The notes under the pieces: model-generated
What the model saw: the letters and a program-made list of their open reading frames with translations, nothing else
Told to the model about the DNA's origin: nothing
Databases searched by the model: none
Assembly: GCA_025839675.1 (NCBI GenBank)
Contig: CP104013.1
Span: forward strand, 2,040,001 to 2,072,000
DNA from: Candidatus Lokiarchaeum ossiferum
GTDB taxonomy: Archaea; Asgardarchaeota; Lokiarchaeia; Sigyniarchaeales; Promethearchaeaceae
DNA length: 32,000 nucleotides
Direction of reading: 5' to 3'
Program-made: the position numbers and the translations under genes
Shown: positions 17,207 to 25,348 of the stretch, piece after piece
Numbering within the stretch: position 1 is the first letter of the stretch
Layout: the number at the start of each line of letters is the position of its first letter

Positions 17207-17370
17207 AAAATTAATAGTTATTTTCTTTTTAAATTTCGACCATTTTCATTTTAAAATCACACTTCCATATCGTAACTCGTTTTTTATCTTTATCAATGGA
17301 GTTTTTGGGAGATAAGTGGTACAAACAAATGATTTTAATAGGGCGCAGATCATTTCTTTGTTGAAGAACA

Positions 17371-18339
17371 ATGGGTAACGAAAAAAAAAACTATCATATC
17401 CGAGATTTGATCATAGATGACGAATATGGTACAATTTCAAATGAAGCAACTGTTGAAGAAGTTGCCAAAAAAATGAAAGAATTGGACGTTCCAGACTTGG
17501 TAGTCTTGGAAAAAGGTTCAGATAAAGTATTAGGTGTTGTAGCAGATTTTGATATAGTTCAAAATATTGTTGCCGATGGTTTAGATCCAAAGACAACTAA
17601 AGCAACCGCAGCGATGTACACCATAGAACCAGTCACTTTAAACACCAAAGTTGAAGAAGCCTTTTCAAAAATGCAAGAATTGCATGTTAATGTGGTTCCT
17701 GTGATTGAAAAGAAAAAATTAATTGGAGTAGTCACCCTTCAAGATTGTTGGGGATTTATTCCTGATGAAACAGTGGATGAAATAGGATTAATCCCCGTCC
17801 CAGATCCAAAGACGGCGGAATTTTGGTTTGCTGGTTTAGCAGCAATTTTAGCTCTTATCCTTGGAATGGTTTTTCCGCTTGCAGGAATCACCGGATTCTA
17901 TAAGGGAGATTTTCTCGGAAATCCGATATCATACTATCTTTTTGAAGCACATAGTTCAGATTATCGAACAGCCTATATGAACATGAACGGCGCAATGTGG
18001 ATAGTTACTGTCATCTGCAGTTTCTTAGTAATCTTTTCAAGTATTTTCGGAGTTTTTGCCTTATTATATGTGAGCTATTCAGATTCAAAAACGATTAAAA
18101 CCGCACCTGTATTGCGATATATTATTCCTGCATTACCAATTGTGTTCTTGGTATTCGAATGGATTTTTATAAAAATCGCCCTAAATGTGAGTTCAATAGG
18201 GACTAATGTTAAGATAGATGCTTTAGGATTAATTATGACCATTTTTGCGATACTCTTCTATTTAGGTGCAATTTTTCGGGACTATGCATTCCGACAAACT
18301 GGCGGAACCCCTGCATCAACAAATCAGGTGAATAATTAA
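17371..18339 (+). CDS. CBS-pair domain protein with a C-terminal multi-pass membrane domain
   Basis: The N-terminal ~135 aa carry two CBS motifs (ATVEEVAKKMKELDVPDLVVLEKGSDKVLGVVADFDIV and KVEEAFSKMQELHVNVVPVIEKKKLIGVVTLQD). Four to five hydrophobic helices follow. Confidence 0.8.
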   Translation: MGNEKKNYHIRDLIIDDEYGTISNEATVEEVAKKMKELDVPDLVVLEKGSDKVLGVVADFDIVQNIVADGLDPKTTKATAAMYTIEPVTLNTKVEEAFSKMQELHVNVVPVIEKKKLIGVVTLQDCWGFIPDETVDEIGLIPVPDPKTAEFWFAGLAAILALILGMVFPLAGITGFYKGDFLGNPISYYLFEAHSSDYRTAYMNMNGAMWIVTVICSFLVIFSSIFGVFALLYVSYSDSKTIKTAPVLRYIIPALPIVFLVFEWIFIKIALNVSSIGTNVKIDALGLIMTIFAILFYLGAIFRDYAFRQTGGTPASTNQVNN

Positions 18340-18341
18340 AA

Positions 18342-19916
18342 ATGCCCAGAGGAGGAGGAGGTTTTAGCGGGGGCGGTGGAGGATTTCGAGGAGGCGGATT
18401 TCGCTCCAGCGGGGGAAGTTTTAGATCCAGTTCCTTCCGCTCCAGTAGCCCAAGTTTTAGATCCCGTTCCAGTTCACGCCCTTATGGAAGAACTGGTGCT
18501 CGAAGGACAACATCTTCATCATATCATAGAAGTCGATCAAGCCCTTATCGCCATAACACGTATCATCGACCATACTATCATCGACGTCACTACCACCGAC
18601 CCTATTATTACCGAAGCTGGTGGTATCGTCCATACTTCTGGGGTCGGCATTATCGCCCATGGTATTATTCTCCCGTGTATGTAGGCGGGGGTTTAGTGTT
18701 AGCAGTAGTATTAATGATGGTATTTATCCCCTTAATGGGAATTGCTCTCTCTTTTCCATTTTCAAGTAGTAGTTCATCCGGATTAGTAAATTACAGAGCA
18801 ACCGAGCAATTAAATTTTAATGAATATTGGTATGAATATGAATCACTTGAAGCAGGGAATGAAATCAAATTCGACATTCAAGCAACAACACCAATTAGTT
18901 TCGCCATTGCAGATCACCCCTTTGCAGATTTCCCAACAACTACAGAATCAGGGCAAGATACAGGAAGTTTATCATTAGGTGCAGATGAATATGGATACCA
19001 AGGATACTATGTCAGTGCGGGTTCAAATTTAGTTTACAATTATTCCGCTACAGACGGGATTGAATTCAAAGTTATGAATAGCGATGAATTTAATTCTTGG
19101 TTATATTATGGTATTCCAGACACATTTGATGAAAGCATGGCGAGTTCATATAGTGGCAGTAGTGCATTCTTTGGCTCAGAAGATGTTTATCTGGTGTGGT
19201 ATAATGAAGTTGGAGCCATTGTTGATGTCGATTATACGATAGACTATACTATTACAGGAGTCTATGATTTAAGTGGAGCAGAGTTTTCCGAAATAGCAAC
19301 ACAAAATGTTGATGGAACTATCACTGTGCCAGAAGATGGAACATGGTATTTCTTCGTGTTTTTCGATCCTATGTACTCAAATGCTGAATCTACATCAATC
19401 ACATTCGATGTTACATATGATAAACAACTCGATACTCAAACACAATGGGCAAATATTAGACCAACCTTGATTTGGGTAGCAATAATCTCCGGAGCACTAA
19501 TTTTAATTGCGAGATCTGCCCGTAAGAAACAGAAGGCTAAAGGAATAACGGCAAATGGAACCAGCGTTGCTCAAACGGGCAGCACCACATCTAAGGTCGC
19601 CAGTTCAACCCTTAGAACAACCAGTAATTCCAAATCATCGGTTTATGGAAAATCAGAACAAAAACAAACACCTTCTGCATCCGTTAAAACCACGCTTCAA
19701 CCTCAAATTGATCCATCTAAATGTACCCGATGCGGTTGTTCTTTGGAAGCAAAAGATATCTTTTGTCCCGCCTGTGGAAAGAAAAAGGAAGGGAGGAAAG
19801 TGGGAGGAACTACGGTTTCCAAGGAACTTAAATCCCAAGTTTGTTCTTATTGTGGTAAGCAAATTCAAAAAGATGCCCAATTCTGTATTGGTTGTGGATC
19901 AAAGATTCAACGATAA
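18342..19916 (+). CDS. two-pass membrane protein with an N-terminal RGG/RS/Tyr-His-Arg-rich low-complexity tail, an extracytoplasmic domain and a C-terminal double zinc ribbon
   Basis: 524 aa, with the ATG 2 nt after the CBS gene stop and AGGTGA 12 nt upstream. Residues 1-113 read MPRGGGGFSGGGGGFRGGGFRSSGGSFRSSSFRSSS...YHRPYYHRRHYHRPYYYRSWWYRPYFWGRHYRPWYY. TM1 is at about residues 114-140 and TM2 is IRPTLIWVAIISGALILIA. An S/T-rich linker follows, then CTRCGC...CPACG and CSYCG...CIGCG (19722-19895). Confidence 0.8.
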   Translation: MPRGGGGFSGGGGGFRGGGFRSSGGSFRSSSFRSSSPSFRSRSSSRPYGRTGARRTTSSSYHRSRSSPYRHNTYHRPYYHRRHYHRPYYYRSWWYRPYFWGRHYRPWYYSPVYVGGGLVLAVVLMMVFIPLMGIALSFPFSSSSSSGLVNYRATEQLNFNEYWYEYESLEAGNEIKFDIQATTPISFAIADHPFADFPTTTESGQDTGSLSLGADEYGYQGYYVSAGSNLVYNYSATDGIEFKVMNSDEFNSWLYYGIPDTFDESMASSYSGSSAFFGSEDVYLVWYNEVGAIVDVDYTIDYTITGVYDLSGAEFSEIATQNVDGTITVPEDGTWYFFVFFDPMYSNAESTSITFDVTYDKQLDTQTQWANIRPTLIWVAIISGALILIARSARKKQKAKGITANGTSVAQTGSTTSKVASSTLRTTSNSKSSVYGKSEQKQTPSASVKTTLQPQIDPSKCTRCGCSLEAKDIFCPACGKKKEGRKVGGTTVSKELKSQVCSYCGKQIQKDAQFCIGCGSKIQR

Positions 19917-20158
19917 CACTTTTTTTAATTTCGTTTTCTTATTCTTTTTTCTATGTTTCATCGATTCGAAATTTTATTTTTTTTATATCAAATTTAAACA
20001 GTTAAATGAATAATGATAATCAAGAGAATTTTAACCCTTCATTTCCCACCTTTTTGTTCATCAGTTTTAGGTATTCAAAATTTTATTTCGATGAAAAACT
20101 TTTTATCTCTTTCTTTGTCTTGTATCTATTACAGCTTAAATTTTACATAGGTCATTTC

Positions 20159-20662
20159 ATGAAAAAACGGTTTGATTCGTATTGTGGACTTTATTGTGGT
20201 GCTTGTGAGATAATGAAAATTAACTTGACAAACAATTTTATTCAAGCTGCTAAAGATCGCAATGAGGAATTGGAAAATCTTGTATGCGACGGATGCAAGA
20301 GTTCCCAACACTGTGCAGAGTGTTCGATATGCGATATTCGAAAGTGTGCTCAAGATAAAGGTTTGGAATTTTGTAGCGAATGTGCATCATACCCGTGTAA
20401 AATGCTCCTTCGCTTTAAGAGTAATAATAAACCCCATCATTCTGCAATTATTGCGAATTTAGAAGAGATTAAAAATTTTGGTGTAGAAGAATGGTTAATA
20501 AGACAAGAAACACGATGGGCGTGCCCTAAGTGTAATACACCATTTTCTTGGTATGAAAAAACATGTGAAGAATGTGGAGAATCTCTTTATCATTGTAAAA
20601 AAGAACAAAAAGAAATTTTATTGGACGAATTATCAAAACTACCTTTATTTTTTGCCCTATAA
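20159..20662 (+). CDS. Cys-rich DUF3795-like protein with a C-terminal zinc ribbon
   Basis: The first 51 codons of the track ORF (from 20006) are low-complexity junk. The ATG at 20159 gives MKKRFDSYCGLYCGACEIMK...CDGCKS..CAECSICDIRKCAQDKGLEFCSECASYPC, which is the DUF3795 cysteine pattern as I recall it, followed by CPKCN...CEECG. Confidence 0.6.
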   Translation: MKKRFDSYCGLYCGACEIMKINLTNNFIQAAKDRNEELENLVCDGCKSSQHCAECSICDIRKCAQDKGLEFCSECASYPCKMLLRFKSNNKPHHSAIIANLEEIKNFGVEEWLIRQETRWACPKCNTPFSWYEKTCEECGESLYHCKKEQKEILLDELSKLPLFFAL

Positions 20663-20717
20663 CGAAAACAAAACCCTAAAATTTGAACCAAATTAATATT
20701 CCTTACTGGTAATCTCT

Positions 20718-22217
20718 ATGAAATCTAATACACCACGAAATTTAATTATAATTTCCTTATTGTTATTAAGTACTAGTTTATTTTCATCTGTTCCTTCAGC
20801 TCATGCCCAATCATCTACCTTTGAATCCATTGATGCTTTTATTCAAGAACAAATGAAAGATATGTTAATCCCAGGAATTGCTTATGGATTAGTGATGGAT
20901 AACGAAACTGTTTACACCAATGCTTTCGGAAAAGCGGATAATGATGGAGCATCCATGACATCAGAAACACCAATGCATCTTGGAGCAATGGGAAAGACTT
21001 TCATTTCAACTTTAATGATGAAGTTAACAGAAACTAACAATATAACGTTAAATCAGACAGTTCAATCCATCTTTCCTTGGTTCACCACATCTAATTCCCT
21101 TGAATCGTCAAAAATAACACTTGAGCAATGCCTATACCATTTTACAGGGATTCCAACGAGTTTAGATATTTCTATTTTATTAAATAACTCCCTTGAAGAA
21201 ATAGTTCGAAAATTTGATACCATCCAACTTTCTTCCACACCGGGTTCAGAATTCATCTATAGCAACTATAATTATATTATCCTCGGAGCGATCATTGAAA
21301 AAGTTTCCAATATGACCCTTAACGATAGTTTTCACATTTTTATTGCAGATCCACTCGAAATGAACAACGTCTATACTTCGATTGATGAAGCAAAGGCAAA
21401 TGGGTTATCTCATGGCTATCAACCATGGTTTGGATTACAACAAATATCAAACAAAGAGTATTCTAAATCTAATATAGTCACGGAGCAATTTATTGCTTCA
21501 GCGGATGATATGACACATTTCATAGTGGCTCATTTGAATTCAGGAAATTATGAAAATACCACTATCTTGAACAAAACAAATATTCAAATGATTCATAGTA
21601 TCCCTGAGAAATTTCAAGATAAATCCTATTATGCAATGGGATGGGCAAATCATACTTTAGATGAATATGAAGTAATCAGTCATTTAGGTAATTTGGACGA
21701 TACATTTGCGGATATGATGCTTATTCCGAGTGAAGGAATTGGAGCAGTGATTTTAATAAATACGAACAATTTCCTTGGTCAAACCGCATATTATCAAGAA
21801 TTAGTGCCAAGTATTCTTAAGATGTTATTGGATCAGGAACCAACAGTGCGAAATATGACGTACATCTTCCTATATATGATCATTGATCTTCTAATTATAC
21901 TTTCTATTGTTTTTGAAGGCCGTCGTTATATAAAATTTGAAGACCGATTAAAAAACTTCTTAGCGGATTTTAAAGATCCAAAGGAACGACGTTCTCAAGC
22001 AATCGGCAAATCTATCGCAGATTTTATGATTGTCCCATTCATACTTCTCGGAGTTCCCGGAATAGTCTCACTTATGATGGGCATTCCAGGTTTTAATTTA
22101 AGAATGTTGATGAGTTTACAACAAGATCTTGGACTTTGGATCTTTTTCTTTGGCGCTTCAGCACTTATTCAAGCAATTTTACGAGTAGCTTATTTTAAGA
22201 AGAAAAAAATATACTAA
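20718..22217 (+). CDS. secreted beta-lactamase/PBP4*-fold (serine hydrolase family) protein with C-terminal TM helices; the nucleophile Ser is replaced
   Basis: A signal peptide is present (LLLLSTSLFSSVPSAHA). The family motifs YSNYNY (YxN) and SHLGN (HxG) are present. The SxxK position reads LGAMGKTF, i.e. A-M-G-K (Ala codon 20985-20987, Lys 20994-20996). There are three to four C-terminal TM helices. Confidence 0.75.
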   Translation: MKSNTPRNLIIISLLLLSTSLFSSVPSAHAQSSTFESIDAFIQEQMKDMLIPGIAYGLVMDNETVYTNAFGKADNDGASMTSETPMHLGAMGKTFISTLMMKLTETNNITLNQTVQSIFPWFTTSNSLESSKITLEQCLYHFTGIPTSLDISILLNNSLEEIVRKFDTIQLSSTPGSEFIYSNYNYIILGAIIEKVSNMTLNDSFHIFIADPLEMNNVYTSIDEAKANGLSHGYQPWFGLQQISNKEYSKSNIVTEQFIASADDMTHFIVAHLNSGNYENTTILNKTNIQMIHSIPEKFQDKSYYAMGWANHTLDEYEVISHLGNLDDTFADMMLIPSEGIGAVILINTNNFLGQTAYYQELVPSILKMLLDQEPTVRNMTYIFLYMIIDLLIILSIVFEGRRYIKFEDRLKNFLADFKDPKERRSQAIGKSIADFMIVPFILLGVPGIVSLMMGIPGFNLRMLMSLQQDLGLWIFFFGASALIQAILRVAYFKKKKIY

Positions 22218-22397
22218 AAAAGTTCAACAATCTTGAATTTATACCCATTTTTCATTTTTATTCAATTTTAGCATCATAGGAAAATTGCTTTTTTAATTTA
22301 TTGCAAGAAAATATAAAGAAAAACTGCTCTAAAAAACGGAGATCACAGCATAAAGTTAAATATTTGAAAGATATAAAAAGCAAAAAAGTTTGAAGAT

Positions 22398-22481
22398 CTA
22401 TTCTTGAACTTTTGCTAATTGCTTGCGTGCCCATTGAAGCATAGTGGCTTCTAATTGAGCGATATCGTCGTCAGTAATCAT
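22398..22481 (-). CDS. micro-ORF (27 aa) with a strong Shine-Dalgarno sequence, hypothetical
   Basis: Hand translation gives MITDDDIAQLEATMLQWARKQLAKVQE followed by TAG. AAGGAG (22491-22496, minus sense) lies 9 nt upstream of the ATG. The peptide looks like an amphipathic helix. No family recognised. Confidence 0.3.
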   Translation of the reverse strand: MITDDDIAQLEATMLQWARKQLAKVQE

Positions 22482-22665
22482 TGTATCTATCTCCTTATCA
22501 GTTAATTGCGAATGAAATCAGTGTGGCTATATATTCCGACATTATTTCTTAATTCACGTACACTAATGTATCATCCCAAAAAAACCTTTTGACTGCAAAT
22601 TAATGCAAATTTTCACCCTATTTCATGAAAAAGCGGAACAAATGAAACCCATTAAAATGGACGAC

Positions 22666-23946
22666 TCATGAAATTTGATGAGATTTCCACCGAAAATCAT
22701 GGCTAATTTTTGCATAATGGCGATTTAATTGATCCAATTCTTCAAAATTATAAACTTGAATCACAATATACGACAGATCAGGATGAAAAATGGATGCATC
22801 TAAAATAACAATGAATCTATGGCCATCGTCTAATGAAAAGGTGAAATAGTCGCCTTTTTCTCCAAAAATTCGTTTATGATCCATCAATAACTTGAGAATA
22901 TAGGATTTCAGTGAATTAATCTCATCTAAAACCTTGTTATCAGTGGTGAAGAGTGATGCGATATCAAAATCTTTATCTAATAAAAATAATGGTTGAATCA
23001 TGGAAGTATCGGCAAGCATTTGAAATAATTCTGAAAAGAAATTGAAAAACAGGGAGAATTTATCCAGAATCAACTGAGTCCCAATAATTAAATCTTGATT
23101 TCCTTGATATTGGAGACTGGTGAAGAAAATCGGAATATTATTTTTAAATGCGAATTCTTGAAGAGATATTTGATCAAAATCAGGAAAATCAGCAACTAAA
23201 TCAAATTTATGACAAAAAATGACAATCTGAGGGCATATTTTTTCTTCACTTTGATTAATACGGATTAAACGCGATAAAGTATCTAACAATTTCTCGGAAC
23301 TGAGGGTCCAGTCTTCGACAGAAATGAAAAAAATAATGAGATCCGAATATTGCAAAAGATTTTCATCTGGATCCAGCCATCGTTCAATTTCTTGGCCCGA
23401 AGTATCAAACACTGATAGTTGCAAATCAATGAGATCATAATGCGACGTTTCAAATGCTTCCGTGGGGGAAAGGGAAGTATTTAATAAATCTTCGCTGGTA
23501 ATTTTATCAAAAATGAACTGTTTCGTTGAAGTCTTTCCTGAATTCGGATACCCCATGAACACTATCTTTCTGATTTTAGGTTCTATAATATTTTTTGCAA
23601 ATTTGTAGAAACATTGATTTCTTTGATCTTTAGCCATTTGGAGTATAGAATCACCTTGAATTTTGAGTTCCATTTGAAGTTTATTTATCAAAACTGTATC
23701 GGTTTCATCTAATACTGCGACAATAAAATCGTAATTCATGATCCCATCTCTCACTGGAAATCCATAAATTAAAACAATTTGATTTTCATCCTTGATTTCT
23801 AACGTTGGAGATGTACCCAAAGCTTGCAATGTCGCCAAATATTGCGAAATTTTATTCTTATCGATTTGAGAATTGTCCGGATATTGAGCTTCGATTATTG
23901 AACCCAACATATTATCCCAACCAACTAAGAATATCCCTTTTAGCAT
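22666..23946 (-). CDS. multidomain small GTPase: N-terminal longin/roadblock-like domain, Rag/Gtr-like GTPase domain, C-terminal roadblock-like domain
   Basis: 426 aa. G1 is KIVFMGYPNSGKTS (23530-23553), G3 is DTSGQ (23392-23406) and G4 is CHKFD (23200-23211). By eye it matches human RagA segment by segment: KVLLMGKSGSGKTSM, WDCGGQD and FCLVHKMDLV. The flanking ~120-aa regions have alternating beta/alpha-like patterns. Confidence 0.8.
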   Translation of the reverse strand: MLKGIFLVGWDNMLGSIIEAQYPDNSQIDKNKISQYLATLQALGTSPTLEIKDENQIVLIYGFPVRDGIMNYDFIVAVLDETDTVLINKLQMELKIQGDSILQMAKDQRNQCFYKFAKNIIEPKIRKIVFMGYPNSGKTSTKQFIFDKITSEDLLNTSLSPTEAFETSHYDLIDLQLSVFDTSGQEIERWLDPDENLLQYSDLIIFFISVEDWTLSSEKLLDTLSRLIRINQSEEKICPQIVIFCHKFDLVADFPDFDQISLQEFAFKNNIPIFFTSLQYQGNQDLIIGTQLILDKFSLFFNFFSELFQMLADTSMIQPLFLLDKDFDIASLFTTDNKVLDEINSLKSYILKLLMDHKRIFGEKGDYFTFSLDDGHRFIVILDASIFHPDLSYIVIQVYNFEELDQLNRHYAKISHDFRWKSHQIS

Positions 23947-24031
23947 TTTTGATTACCCATTTCGAGATTAATTATATTGTTTATATGAGCCCAGATGTTT
24001 AATAGTTGTGAAAAAAGGAAAAAACTGGAAT

Positions 24032-24733
24032 TTATTCCCCAATTTCAGTAGAATTTTTAAAAAACTTTGAAGAATAATATCCTTGGATCCAAAATGTAAC
24101 AATTTCAGCATAAACTACAATCTTTTGGCCAACAACTTGAATAAACCGTCCCGTTTCAGTATTTGAATCAGGGCCAAAAAATAAAAGATAAAGATATACA
24201 ATCAAAATACACCCCATTGCAATATATACAACGGATAAAATTTTTGGAGTAGATTTGTTCCGTAAAAATGTTATAACATAACATAGAACAACAGGTAAGG
24301 TGGTTGGAAAGGCTAAATAAACAAAAAAGAGATGTAATTCTAAAGTTGTATCCCAAGGAGTAAAACCTATTCCAATGTAGCCAAAAGCGGCAACAAATCC
24401 GATTAAGCTTCCAATAACCATCAGAACGAAATCAAGTTTATTCGTTTTAAATAGAGAAGGAATAGTTGCAAAGTAAGGCAGCATGAATCCTCCACAAAAT
24501 ATGGTAGCGAGTAAAAAGAGCGTTGATGAGAGCATATTTGATTCTCCACTATAACTCGTTGTCATTCCCAAATCGCTAAAAAAATTGTTGAAGAAAGAAT
24601 ATCCCAAGTTTTCTTGATTAAAAGCAGTCCCACCAGTAAATGTAAACATTGCGATTATGGTTAAAATGAAGAAAAGAGAACTACCGATAACTGGTGCGAA
24701 AAGAGCCCATTGTTTCAGTTTATTTTTATCCAT
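24032..24733 (-). CDS. polytopic membrane protein (possibly DUF998-like)
   Basis: 233 aa with about 6 hydrophobic helices. The FFSDLGMT motif after TM1 is reminiscent of DUF998. The family call is weak. Confidence 0.55.
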   Translation of the reverse strand: MDKNKLKQWALFAPVIGSSLFFILTIIAMFTFTGGTAFNQENLGYSFFNNFFSDLGMTTSYSGESNMLSSTLFLLATIFCGGFMLPYFATIPSLFKTNKLDFVLMVIGSLIGFVAAFGYIGIGFTPWDTTLELHLFFVYLAFPTTLPVVLCYVITFLRNKSTPKILSVVYIAMGCILIVYLYLLFFGPDSNTETGRFIQVVGQKIVVYAEIVTFWIQGYYSSKFFKNSTEIGE

Positions 24734-24819
24734 AAAATTTGTTTAGCTGTTTTTTTTTTTAAGCTTGCTGTAATTTTATTATAGAAATATTTATTTTTGT
24801 TTAATTAATTCCAAAAAAA

Positions 24820-25284
24820 TTAACTTGATAGTGCCAATAAATTATACTCTTCCCATTTTTTGTCAAACTGAATTATTTTGAAACCAAGACTAAAGAAAAA
24901 GTTTAGAGCTCTAAAATTTTCAATTTTTACTTCAGTATAAACCGGGAAATTTAATTTTTGCGCTTCTCTCTTAGCAAAACTAATTAATTTCTTTCCAAAG
25001 CCTTGGTTTTGAAAATTGCTTGCAAGTGCAGTCATTTTTATAATTAGTTTATCTAATTCATATTTTAAAATCATAAATCCACAAAGATAATTTTTTTTAA
25101 AAATTCCATAATATTTATGATTCCCGATAGATCTATTTTGAAACCATTCTAAAAGGGATTTTTTTGTATGTTTTCGATTGGTAGAAGATAATACATGAGC
25201 ATTTGGATTCCAAATCTCCACCATAGTAGGAATATTTTCTTCAGTAATGAGGGTAATATTTACATTAACAGAATTTTGACTCAT
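24820..25284 (-). CDS. GNAT family N-acetyltransferase
   Basis: 154 aa. The acetyl-CoA-binding motif Q/RxxGxG/A is present as FQNQGFGKKLISFAKREAQ, with GNAT-like surrounding beta strands. Confidence 0.8.
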   Translation of the reverse strand: MSQNSVNVNITLITEENIPTMVEIWNPNAHVLSSTNRKHTKKSLLEWFQNRSIGNHKYYGIFKKNYLCGFMILKYELDKLIIKMTALASNFQNQGFGKKLISFAKREAQKLNFPVYTEVKIENFRALNFFFSLGFKIIQFDKKWEEYNLLALSS

Positions 25285-25348
25285 TATGACTCTTTATTTT
25301 TATTTGCATAAAAAGATTTAAAAAGTCACAGAAAATGACATTGATATA

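Noticed and set aside
18376-18684. Alternative-frame ORFs 18376..18684 (+) and 18457..18660 (-) inside the RGG-tail region
   Set aside because: They arise because the GC-rich, repetitive codon usage of the low-complexity tail removes stop codons in other frames. Neither has an independent start context or motifs.
19555-20013. Track ORF 19555..20013 (+, 152 aa) overlapping the 3' end of the zinc-ribbon gene
   Set aside because: It is out of frame with a gene whose CxxC zinc-ribbon motifs clearly define the real frame. The product is Lys/Phe-rich junk extending into intergenic DNA.
20006-20158. N-terminal 51 codons of track ORF 20006..20662
   Set aside because: The Phe/Leu/Tyr-rich sequence is typical of translated AT-rich intergenic DNA. 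The DUF3795-like cysteine pattern starts right after Met52 (20159).
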